Shown: piece after piece, positions 27,094 through 34,832 of the stretch | Layout: every line of letters starts with the position of its first letter | Position numbering within the stretch: position 1 is the first letter of the stretch | Source: an uncultured Candidatus Saccharibacteria bacterium | GTDB lineage: Bacteria; Patescibacteriota; Saccharimonadia; Saccharimonadales; CAZDQS01 | NCBI GenBank assembly: GCA_964507855.1 | Contig: CAZDQS010000001.1 | Span: 166,121 to 230,120, forward strand | DNA length: 64,000 nt | Direction of reading: 5' to 3' | Translations under genes and position numbers: made by a program | Notes under the pieces: generated by a model | Databases searched by the model: none | What the model was told of the DNA's origin: nothing | The model's input: the letters and a program-made list of their open reading frames with translations, nothing else

Positions 27094-27959
27094 TGCTAGG
27101 CACTTTTAAAGCCGAAATTCGCAAACTCTTAAGCGTGCGCTCCACGTATGTTATCAGTGTCCTTGCCATTGCCATTTGCGTATTGCTGTCTTGGGTACTC
27201 CTCAGGGATGTGAACCAGCAGGTAAAGACTAATGAACGAGCGGCGCAGGCTGCCATAACGGCCAGTGAAGCGCCATCTCCAGAACAGGGGGCCGAAAGTT
27301 TTGAAGGAATGCCAACTCCTGAAGAGATGGAGGCGCAGTGGCAGGAGCATCTCTCGACCCTGCAGCGCGAGATAGTCATGAACTCGTTCTCCACGATGGC
27401 TGTCATGCTTGTCATTATCGTGATATTACAGATTATCCATGAGTACCGGCACAACACCATTATGTACACGTTGACCACCAGCAACAGTCGTACGAAAGTA
27501 TTTCTGGCCAAGACGACGACGCTGTTGTTGTACGCCGGTTTGGTTGGATTGATAGGCGTGGCGGTGAGTGTTATCACATACTACTTTTTGCTGAACCAAT
27601 ACGATCTGACAATGCCGGCGCAGAATCTTGAGTGGGGCGGCGCGTTGCTGCGCGGCTTGCTATACATATGGGCCTTTATGTCCGTTGGCGCTATCATTGC
27701 CTGGTTGTCGCGTAGTGTCGCGATGGCTATCGCCGCAATCCTTATTTTCCCGTCTACCATCGAGTCGTTGCTCACGCTATTACTCAAAGAGAATTCAATC
27801 TACCTGCCATTCTCCGCCATGACCCAGATAGTGCTCTATAATCCGAACAACCCTCCCGAATCATTAGGCTTTGCACAAGCGCTGTTGGTGACGGCAATCT
27901 ACCTGGCCATTCTGTACCCAGTAACCTGGTACTTGTTTCTGCGCCGCGACGCGAACTAG
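27093..27959 (+). CDS. ABC-2 family transporter permease
   Basis: Start overlaps the ATPase stop (TAATG). Six predicted TM segments. Confidence 0.65.
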   Translation: MLGTFKAEIRKLLSVRSTYVISVLAIAICVLLSWVLLRDVNQQVKTNERAAQAAITASEAPSPEQGAESFEGMPTPEEMEAQWQEHLSTLQREIVMNSFSTMAVMLVIIVILQIIHEYRHNTIMYTLTTSNSRTKVFLAKTTTLLLYAGLVGLIGVAVSVITYYFLLNQYDLTMPAQNLEWGGALLRGLLYIWAFMSVGAIIAWLSRSVAMAIAAILIFPSTIESLLTLLLKENSIYLPFSAMTQIVLYNPNNPPESLGFAQALLVTAIYLAILYPVTWYLFLRRDAN

Positions 27960-28570
27960 GTATTAGGTGGTTTAGGTATGGGCCTCGCCTTTAGTGCTTT
28001 GGCAACAGCAATGAGGTTTGCAGCCGCAGCTTCTCCTGTGGATTTAGACCAGTCGTGCCCGTGGTCGGTTTCAAGATAGGAAGGTCCCGGTCCCGGCCCC
28101 ATGTTCCAGTACGTCCAGGCTTGTGCCGGTATGGTGAAGCCGATATCGATGAGCGCTCCATAAATCTCGCTGATGACATGGTGTGCGCCGTCTTCGTTGC
28201 CAGTGACAACAACACCGGCGACTTTGTTGTAGGCAACCGGTATGCCACTGCTGTCTTTCTCGGTAATCATGGCATCCATACGCTCCAGCACCTTTTGGGC
28301 GATGCTAGACGGGTGTCCGAGCCATGTAGGGCTGGCAATGATCAGTATGTCGGCGGCCAGGATTTTGTCGTGAATTTTTGGCCATTCATCGCCATTACCT
28401 TCGTTGGTCGTTACTCCCTCTGGGATGGCGTAGTCGACAATACGAAGTATCTCCGTCTTTGCTCCGCGGGCCTCCAGTGAATTGATTACTTCCTCCGCCA
28501 AAGCGGCGGTATTTGATGTTTCAGGTTTGCGTTTTAGTGTACAGTTGAGAACAAGAGCGCTTAAATTCAT
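27956..28570 (-). CDS. flavodoxin-like NAD(P)H-dependent oxidoreductase
   Basis: LVLNCTLK....SNT..L.......L...G...E.....D; ..ADILIIASPTWLG..S; FMN_red-type fold. Confidence 0.75.
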   Translation of the reverse strand: MNLSALVLNCTLKRKPETSNTAALAEEVINSLEARGAKTEILRIVDYAIPEGVTTNEGNGDEWPKIHDKILAADILIIASPTWLGHPSSIAQKVLERMDAMITEKDSSGIPVAYNKVAGVVVTGNEDGAHHVISEIYGALIDIGFTIPAQAWTYWNMGPGPGPSYLETDHGHDWSKSTGEAAAANLIAVAKALKARPIPKPPNT

Positions 28571-28646
28571 ACTACCTCGAACCTCCTGCCCAGAAGGTAA
28601 TGTGTTGCCGTTAGCGCGGCAGCGAGATAATTCGCAGCATGTGAGG

Positions 28647-29627
28647 CTAGCCGCGTAGAATAAGGTAGACTATATATCCGACGTACAGGGCCAAGAATGC
28701 GCCGCCTTCATAGCGGGTGAGTTTGTGCTTGTGCCCTAGAAACATGAAGACAAAGAGGAGGGCGGTCGCACCGATGCCAACCATGATATCCACGTTCGTG
28801 GCAGGGTTAAACGGCATTTGCAGCATGGTCGCGGTGAGGCCGAGGATCCAGAAGACATTGAATATGTTAGAACCGACGATATTACCGATAGCGATGTCGG
28901 CATGGCCACGAACTGCGGCAACAACTGAAGTTGCCAGTTCCGGAAGCGAAGTGCCAATAGCTACAATCGTGAGTCCGATCAGCGCTTCCGAAAGCCCGGC
29001 TGCAGCGGCAATGGCAACAGCGCTATCAACGAGTAGTCGGCCGCCAATGACCAGTCCCGCCAGCCCAATGAGTACAAGCGCGCCGGATACTGGGAGTGAA
29101 TACTCTTTTATAGACTCCTGCTCCTCGCGCTTTACTTCGCTTGCCAGGGTACGGTCGGCTTTTGCCATCCCAAAAATGTAGTACATGAATATAAAGAACA
29201 AGCTCAGCAGCGCAATGCCGTCAGTGCGGGTAAGCGCGCTGTAATGCACGCCATCAAGCAGTTGGTCGTTGCCCATCACAAACAACAGAACCATGCCGAG
29301 CAGGGCCAGCGGTATTTCTTTCCATACAGTATTGCTCTTTACCGTTAGTGGTACGATAAGCGCGGATATACCGAGGATGAGGAGGATATTAGCAATGTTG
29401 GACCCGACGACATTGCCAATTGCAATATCAGCCGAACCATTCAGCGCTGCGACCATGTTGACTGTCAGCTCAGGCGCGGATGTGCCAAACGCTACCACGG
29501 TCAAGCCAATGATAAGCGGCGAAATACGAAACTTTGCTGCCAGCGAAGCAGCACCGCGGACGAGTCCCTCAGCCCCGGCTACAAGCACCGCCAGGCCAAG
29601 GAGTATCAGTAGGATATGAAGTATCAT
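28647..29627 (-). CDS. Ca2+/Na+ antiporter (CaCA/YrbG family)
   Basis: Two alpha-repeats: GTSAPEL..GNVVGSNIANILL and GTSLPELATS..GNIVGSNIFN. Confidence 0.85.
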   Translation of the reverse strand: MILHILLILLGLAVLVAGAEGLVRGAASLAAKFRISPLIIGLTVVAFGTSAPELTVNMVAALNGSADIAIGNVVGSNIANILLILGISALIVPLTVKSNTVWKEIPLALLGMVLLFVMGNDQLLDGVHYSALTRTDGIALLSLFFIFMYYIFGMAKADRTLASEVKREEQESIKEYSLPVSGALVLIGLAGLVIGGRLLVDSAVAIAAAAGLSEALIGLTIVAIGTSLPELATSVVAAVRGHADIAIGNIVGSNIFNVFWILGLTATMLQMPFNPATNVDIMVGIGATALLFVFMFLGHKHKLTRYEGGAFLALYVGYIVYLILRG

Positions 29628-29696
29628 CAGGTATTTTTACTCAAGTTCTTTTCAATAGTATAGTACTCAGTAGCAAAAACCTAGATTGCGATGATG

Positions 29697-30320
29697 CTAT
29701 GAGCGTATAAGCACTGCACGTGTTGGTGAACCGTCCAATCCGCGGAAGGCGAGCGGAAAAGCGCAGAGTGTGTAGATGCCGGCGTCAACTTTGCTCAGAT
29801 CCAGGCCCTCTAGGATGGGTATGTCTTTTGTAAGCAGCGCAGTATGAGCGGTATTATCTTTCAGGCCTCGCTTCTTTATGGACAGTGCATCAATACCGAC
29901 AAGTTTTGTGCCCAGCTCTGCCAGGTAGTTCGCTGTTTGGCCTTCGAGGTATACGTAATCATCGTAGAACCGAGAAAACCCTCGGAGCGAATTTGTGGTT
30001 TTAAACAATACGCGTTCTCCGCGTTGGATATCATGTGAAGCAAGGTCGTTAGTGGTAATCGAGGTTGCACAATCAGTCAGATCCAAAACACGGCACGGGC
30101 CATAAAATATGCCCAAGTCTAGGTCGTCTATGTTCTTTGAGTCTGTGAGTGAATGGCTCGGTGCGTCAATGTGCGTGCCGGCATGTGAGGTGAAGCTAAT
30201 CTCAGATAGCACAGAACTGCCGCTCCCGCTTGGGACTTTGGTGATAATAGTCTCGGCAGTACCGGGATATACTGGCATGCCGGCCATGAGCGGCAGGGAA
30301 ATATCAATAAGTTGGCTCAT
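29697..30320 (-). CDS. cyclase-family protein / kynurenine formamidase-like
   Basis: HAGTHIDAPSH metal-binding motif; about 207 aa. Confidence 0.75.
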   Translation of the reverse strand: MSQLIDISLPLMAGMPVYPGTAETIITKVPSGSGSSVLSEISFTSHAGTHIDAPSHSLTDSKNIDDLDLGIFYGPCRVLDLTDCATSITTNDLASHDIQRGERVLFKTTNSLRGFSRFYDDYVYLEGQTANYLAELGTKLVGIDALSIKKRGLKDNTAHTALLTKDIPILEGLDLSKVDAGIYTLCAFPLAFRGLDGSPTRAVLIRS

Positions 30321-30428
30321 AGCAAGGAGTATACCAGGCTACGACTAGAAAGAATCAGTATGACGATATTGAAAACACAAATCTTTGGTGGGGGTGGAAG
30401 GAATTGAACCTTCGACCAATCGGTTATG

Positions 30429-31041
30429 CACGCCACTACAACTTTCGTTGCCTCTTTCGAGTTTGTGGTCCGGACTGTCTCTTCATCCGCCAGGTGGCGG
30501 ATGCCTGCCGTACAGTCTCTACACCTTCCTCGGCAGTAATGCCGGGGCTTGGCTCGGGATTGCCTTACCGCTGATGGCTATAGGGTTCCCCGAATTTGAC
30601 AGGATATACTTACTGGTTACCCGGTAAGCAGCCCTTAGTTTTTTGGCATATCTAAGATAACATGTAGTTATGAAGACTGGGTCTAACTGCCGAATTTGCC
30701 AGAAAAAACTGGCGGGTAAACAAACACTTTACTGTTCAGTACTCTGCAAGAACAAATTTCATCAATCCTACCCTTCACAGAAAAAGCGAGGGCTTGAACG
30801 AAAACTTCGTTTTGTCCGAGAACTTGGAGGAGAGTGCTCGCTTTGCGGCTACTCAGCTAATCTTGCCGCCTTAGTATTTCATCATGTAGGCGGCAAAGAA
30901 TTTCAACTGGACGTTCGTGCCTTGTCGAATCGTAAGCTGGAGCCAATTCTCAAAGAAGTAGCAAAATGCAAACTCCTTTGTCATAACTGCCATGCCGAGG
31001 TCCATAACCCCGGACTAGACTTAGCCAAATTGTTAACTACG
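30429..31041 (-). mobile_element. group I intron (IC3, Azoarcus tRNA-Ile-intron-like core)
   Basis: The 5' exon ends in U and the intron ends in G. The core GUCAAAUUCGGGGAACCCUAUAGC..GGCAAUCCCGAGCCAAGCCCCGG..GCCGAGGAAGGUGUAGAGACUGUACGGCAGG closely matches the remembered Azoarcus ribozyme sequence. Confidence 0.8.
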
Positions 31042-31056
31042 AGCCGACTGCTCTAA
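30670..31056 (+). CDS. HNH endonuclease (putative homing endonuclease), antisense to the intron
   Basis: CRIC...YCSVLC zinc ribbon and the HNH core CSLCG..LVFHHV.....N....L.KCKLLCHNCHAEVH. The last 15 nt overlap the tRNA 5' exon on the opposite strand. Confidence 0.8.
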   Translation: MKTGSNCRICQKKLAGKQTLYCSVLCKNKFHQSYPSQKKRGLERKLRFVRELGGECSLCGYSANLAALVFHHVGGKEFQLDVRALSNRKLEPILKEVAKCKLLCHNCHAEVHNPGLDLAKLLTTSRLL

Positions 31057-31222
31057 CCACTGAGCTACACCCCCCTGTCATCGACGTGTGATTTGTACGG
31101 TAGCTAGCGGCGTGTTCTGTCGCTTTTAGCTACCTTGTCATGCCGTCTTCTTCTATAAAGCTGTAAACCACTTGATTTACAGCTTTATGGTACAACCCAG
31201 TAACATCTGTGAGTATAGCAGA

Positions 31223-32614
31223 TTATTTTGATTTTATCTGCCTGCAGGCGAGTCGAACGGTTTCGCTCCATGTCGGGAAGGCGTGGATGGTTTCGGCGAC
31301 CTGGCGAGCGGTCATGCGGTACTGGATGGCGAGGGTCAGTTCGTGGATCATTTCGCCGGCGCGCGGACTGACAATGCTGGCGCCCAAGAGCACGCCGCGC
31401 TTGTCTGCCAGGACCTTGACGAAGCCGGAGTCATGGCCGCTGGTGTTGGATCGGCCGATAACGCTGATGGGTGCAGCACCAACGTGGAATTTGATACCCT
31501 TTTCCTTGAGCTGCTGTTCGGTGAGGCCGACGCAGGCAACCTCTGGTTCAACGAAGACACAGCGGGGAATTGCGCGGTAATCTGCCGTGCGCGGCTTGCT
31601 GCGATGCAAGAGATTGTGGGCGGCAATGCGGCTTTGGTACGCGGCGGTGTGCGTGAAGCGGTATGGTCCCACCACGTCCCCGGCTGCATAAATATGCTTC
31701 GCCGAGGTTTGCATGCGGCGGTTGGTAATAATACCACCGCGGTTGTAGCGGACGCCGGCATTCTCAAGGCCCATATCAGTGTTCGGTGCCATGCCGGCCG
31801 CAACGAGGATTTCCTCAACGGCCGCTTGGTGGGCGACACCATCTTTCTCAAAATGGACGACTTTCAGCTTGCCCTTTTTGGTCACCCGAGTGACTTTAAC
31901 ACCGGTTTGTACGGCAATGCCGCGTGCTTCAAACAGCGCGGCAAGCAGCTCGCCGACTTCTGAATCTTCTAGGGGGATAAGTCTCGGTGCAATATCAACA
32001 AGGTGGACTTTTGTGCCAAACGTATTGAATAGCTGGGCAAACTCACAACCGATAGCACCACCGCCGATAACGAACAGTGAGGAGGGCGGCGCCTGCAACT
32101 CGATTGCCTCGCGGAAGCTGATGTGTCCCACATCGGCAAGACCGGGGATGGGCGGGGCGACCGGGCGCGTGCCGGTGGCAAGCAAGAAGTTGCGGGCGCT
32201 GTACCGCTTGCCATTGACGCTTACTGTCCAGGGGCTCAAAAAGTGCGCGTGCCCACGAATAACTTTAATGCCCTGGGATGCAAAGAACTCCTCGCCATCG
32301 GTCGTTCCGGTGCGCTTGACAGCGGCCCGCTTCCAGCGGCGGACGGCCGGGTAATCAACGGAAACTTTGGCTTTGATGCCAAACTCGGCACCGCGCTTGA
32401 TGTTCTCGTATGTTTCGGCTGCTTCCAGTAAGGCCTTTGTCGGCACGCAGCCGTAATTTGGGCACTCACCGCCGATGGTGTCCATCTCGATGACGGCAAC
32501 CTTCTTGCCGGCGCGGGCGGCCTGCTCGGCGGTAACGTTGCCACCGGATCCAGAACCGATAACGATCAGGTCATAATCGGGTCGTGCGGGACGGGGATGT
32601 TTTACTTTATACAT
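31223..32614 (-). CDS. FAD-dependent pyridine nucleotide-disulfide oxidoreductase (dihydrolipoyl dehydrogenase / glutathione reductase family)
   Basis: DLIVIGSGSGG, redox-active GGECPNYGCVPTK, NAD site VIGGGAIGCE, C-terminal HAFPTWSE dimerisation motif. Confidence 0.85.
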   Translation of the reverse strand: MYKVKHPRPARPDYDLIVIGSGSGGNVTAEQAARAGKKVAVIEMDTIGGECPNYGCVPTKALLEAAETYENIKRGAEFGIKAKVSVDYPAVRRWKRAAVKRTGTTDGEEFFASQGIKVIRGHAHFLSPWTVSVNGKRYSARNFLLATGTRPVAPPIPGLADVGHISFREAIELQAPPSSLFVIGGGAIGCEFAQLFNTFGTKVHLVDIAPRLIPLEDSEVGELLAALFEARGIAVQTGVKVTRVTKKGKLKVVHFEKDGVAHQAAVEEILVAAGMAPNTDMGLENAGVRYNRGGIITNRRMQTSAKHIYAAGDVVGPYRFTHTAAYQSRIAAHNLLHRSKPRTADYRAIPRCVFVEPEVACVGLTEQQLKEKGIKFHVGAAPISVIGRSNTSGHDSGFVKVLADKRGVLLGASIVSPRAGEMIHELTLAIQYRMTARQVAETIHAFPTWSETVRLACRQIKSK

Positions 32615-32618
32615 GTTC

Positions 32619-32888
32619 TTACCAGACTACTCGTTGAGTTTTATAGAGGTAGGCAACTGCCGGGTTGATGGTCTTTAGGCGGTCGTGGGCAACGCGGCGG
32701 ATGTCGTTGGACGTAACTTCGTGTTTCTTGGCGAGCCATTGATCAACGGTTTCGACAACCGCTTCGGCTATTAGTTCGGCAGCACCAGCCGGTTCACGGA
32801 GGGCAACCGCCGCTGTATAGACGCTCGCATAGAGCTTGCGCATGTCATACGGTTCCATGTGCCCGCCCCGCTTCACGATATGCTTCAT
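32619..32888 (-). CDS. stand-alone ATP-cone domain protein
   Basis: HIVKRGGHMEPYDMRKLYASVY...EVTSNDIRRVAHDRL matches the ATP-cone pattern. ATG 32888 has GGAGG 9 nt upstream; the track start at 32897 is TTG. Confidence 0.7.
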   Translation of the reverse strand: MKHIVKRGGHMEPYDMRKLYASVYTAAVALREPAGAAELIAEAVVETVDQWLAKKHEVTSNDIRRVAHDRLKTINPAVAYLYKTQRVVW

Positions 32889-32912
32889 GTCAAGCAACCT
32901 CCGGTTGCAGCA

Positions 32913-32996
32913 GTATAACGGGATACGTATTTCGTATTACGGAAAAAGGTATTGCGACCATCTGCCATTCTTGCCGTAATACGTACTACGTTATAC
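32913..32996 (-). promoter_or_regulatory. long imperfect inverted repeat with repeated ATACGTA motifs between ccdA and the ATP-cone gene
   Basis: GTATAACGGGATACGTATTTCGTATTACGG at 32913-32942 pairs with CCGTAATACGTACTACGTTATAC at 32974-32996. Confidence 0.3.
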
Positions 32997-33007
32997 GCCA
33001 TACGTCT

Positions 33008-33712
33008 TTAGCCGAAGTTAATTGTTCCGTTAGCGATGAGGATAAGTATCCAGCCCAGCGCGATAAGCAGCAGACCCATGAATAGGCGCATCTTGCCCTT
33101 GCCTTCTTCCTTCCACTTGGCGACGACGTTAATCTTGGTACCGCCAGCGACCAGGAAGAGGATGACGAGCAGCGGTGAAACGAAGATCAGGTTATAGAGC
33201 ACCATGAGCGCGAAGGCCATGAGGTTGAAATCAATACGCAAGATAGTGATGATAGCGAGGTATGGTGCGCCGGTGCAGGGCAGCTCTACGGCTGCTACGA
33301 AGGCACCAAGGAACATGACGCCGAACAATGTTGTTTTCTTTGTCGAGTAATCGTGGATCATGTCGGCAAATTTCTTTGGTATCTGCAGGGAAAATCCTTT
33401 GCCGTACCAGAAGAAATCTTTTATCTCGAGCACACCGGCGAGGATAACAAGCGCGCCAACGGCGAGTGACAAGTATTCGGCAATCACCATCGGAATGGCG
33501 GTAAAGAAGTATACCAGCCCCAGGCCGGCAACGAGGTAGGTCGCAAAGATGGCAAAGATATAGGCCAGGCCGTTCGTGAGGAGCTTCTTGGTGCCGCCAC
33601 CCTGACCTAAGATGACGGATACCATAAGGATAAGCACGCCAATAGCACAGGGGTTGATAGAGTCAATAGCAGCTGAGGTTATGACGAGTGTAAGGGTAGG
33701 TAAATCAAGCAT
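33008..33712 (-). CDS. cytochrome c biogenesis/thiol-disulfide transporter CcdA (DsbD TM-domain family)
   Basis: Six TM segments with SINPCAIGVL and ELPCTGAPY half-site cysteines. Confidence 0.8.
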   Translation of the reverse strand: MLDLPTLTLVITSAAIDSINPCAIGVLILMVSVILGQGGGTKKLLTNGLAYIFAIFATYLVAGLGLVYFFTAIPMVIAEYLSLAVGALVILAGVLEIKDFFWYGKGFSLQIPKKFADMIHDYSTKKTTLFGVMFLGAFVAAVELPCTGAPYLAIITILRIDFNLMAFALMVLYNLIFVSPLLVILFLVAGGTKINVVAKWKEEGKGKMRLFMGLLLIALGWILILIANGTINFG

Positions 33713-33715
33713 ATC

Positions 33716-34720
33716 TTACTCCATTACTCCTAGGTTTTCGGTTTCGTCGGCCGGGTCGGCTTCTTCGATAGCTTCGTCAAGAGGCATAGGTTCTTGAACG
33801 GGTGCCGTGATATCCCGGATAGTACAGAGCTTCGGAGTATATGTTTTGACACCGAATTCTACACAGCGCTCTGCATCTTTGATGCCGTACTGCTGACAGA
33901 GCTTATCGGTGCGGTCGCGCGGTGTATCGTACTCGACGATAAGGCAGTCGCTTGGTGGGCCGAGGATGGACTCGTCGCGCATGACGTAGTCGGCCGGGTG
34001 TTCAAGCTTTTGCTGGGTGTAGGTGTCTTCACCCTTGTTGAATCGGATGAGGAATACTTGCAGCTCGGCTGGTTGCTCGTCATCATTGCTACAGTAGTTG
34101 CCATTCTTGAGCTCCAGCACAGGTCCTTCGGGGCTGTTTTTGACCCAGTTGCCGGCACTGATGGCGCTGCTAAAGTTCTCGGGCCTTTGGCCGTCGCCGT
34201 CGATTTGGTCGGCTTCAGCGGTCGTGAACCACTTGTCACGCTCGGGGGTTAGCGGAATACCAATCGCGTCATCGCGTACATAGCCGCCGGTGACTTCCAT
34301 GAACTTGCCGAGCGAAGCGTCGTAACTCTTTTTGACAACGACGCCTTCGAGGTGAATGAATTTGTCGTTGTGTTCGTGGAGCGTCGGGGTGCCAATTTTG
34401 TTAGAGAGAAAGCCTTGTGGGTCACGCAGGTTGATTTCTGCGCCACATGACCAGAACTCAATCCCCGTATGCCAGTGCACCGGACCCTTGGATTCGGAAG
34501 TGACGTTCAGATAAATCGTATTGCCAAACAAAATGAGCGTTGCCAGCACGGTCGTGCCTGCCATAAGTACGAACAGCGGCAATCGGCTTATCTTGAACCG
34601 GTTAACCAACAGGAGTGCTAGTACGGTTGCGACTGCCAATATAAGACTGCCGAGGAGGACAGTTTTTACGCTAGAACTTTTTATTGATTGTTCGACATCA
34701 ACTGCTGCTAAATACCACAT
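33716..34720 (-). CDS. hypothetical membrane-anchored extracytoplasmic protein (His/Cys-rich)
   Basis: TM anchor, then HWHTGIEFWSCGAEINL...PTLHEHNDKFIHLEG and several Cys pairs. First gene of the ccdA operon. Confidence 0.55.
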   Translation of the reverse strand: MWYLAAVDVEQSIKSSSVKTVLLGSLILAVATVLALLLVNRFKISRLPLFVLMAGTTVLATLILFGNTIYLNVTSESKGPVHWHTGIEFWSCGAEINLRDPQGFLSNKIGTPTLHEHNDKFIHLEGVVVKKSYDASLGKFMEVTGGYVRDDAIGIPLTPERDKWFTTAEADQIDGDGQRPENFSSAISAGNWVKNSPEGPVLELKNGNYCSNDDEQPAELQVFLIRFNKGEDTYTQQKLEHPADYVMRDESILGPPSDCLIVEYDTPRDRTDKLCQQYGIKDAERCVEFGVKTYTPKLCTIRDITAPVQEPMPLDEAIEEADPADETENLGVME

Positions 34721-34832
34721 ATTTTTCTATATATTTTTGATTTACTTTGCTTATGCTTGAATTCACTATACCATTTAAATATTCGAGTTCAAAAGTTTAT
34801 CAAATTAAAGGCATAAAAATAGATACACAAGC

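Larger units (their letters stand above)
30386..31074 (-). tRNA. tRNA(CAU), Ile2-like, interrupted by a 613-nt group I intron between U33 and C34
   Basis: Exons GGGGGTGTAGCTCAGTGGTTAGAGCAGTCGGCT (31074-31042) and CATAACCGATTGGTCGAAGGTTCAATTCCTTCCACCCCCACCA (30428-30386) form a canonical 76-nt cloverleaf with an encoded CCA. The D-arm and variable loop resemble E. coli ileX (recalled). Confidence 0.8.

Noticed and set aside
30385-30627. 80-aa plus-strand ORF starting MVGVEGIEPSTNRL.
   Set aside because: It is the antisense translation of the tRNA 3' exon and the group I intron catalytic core.
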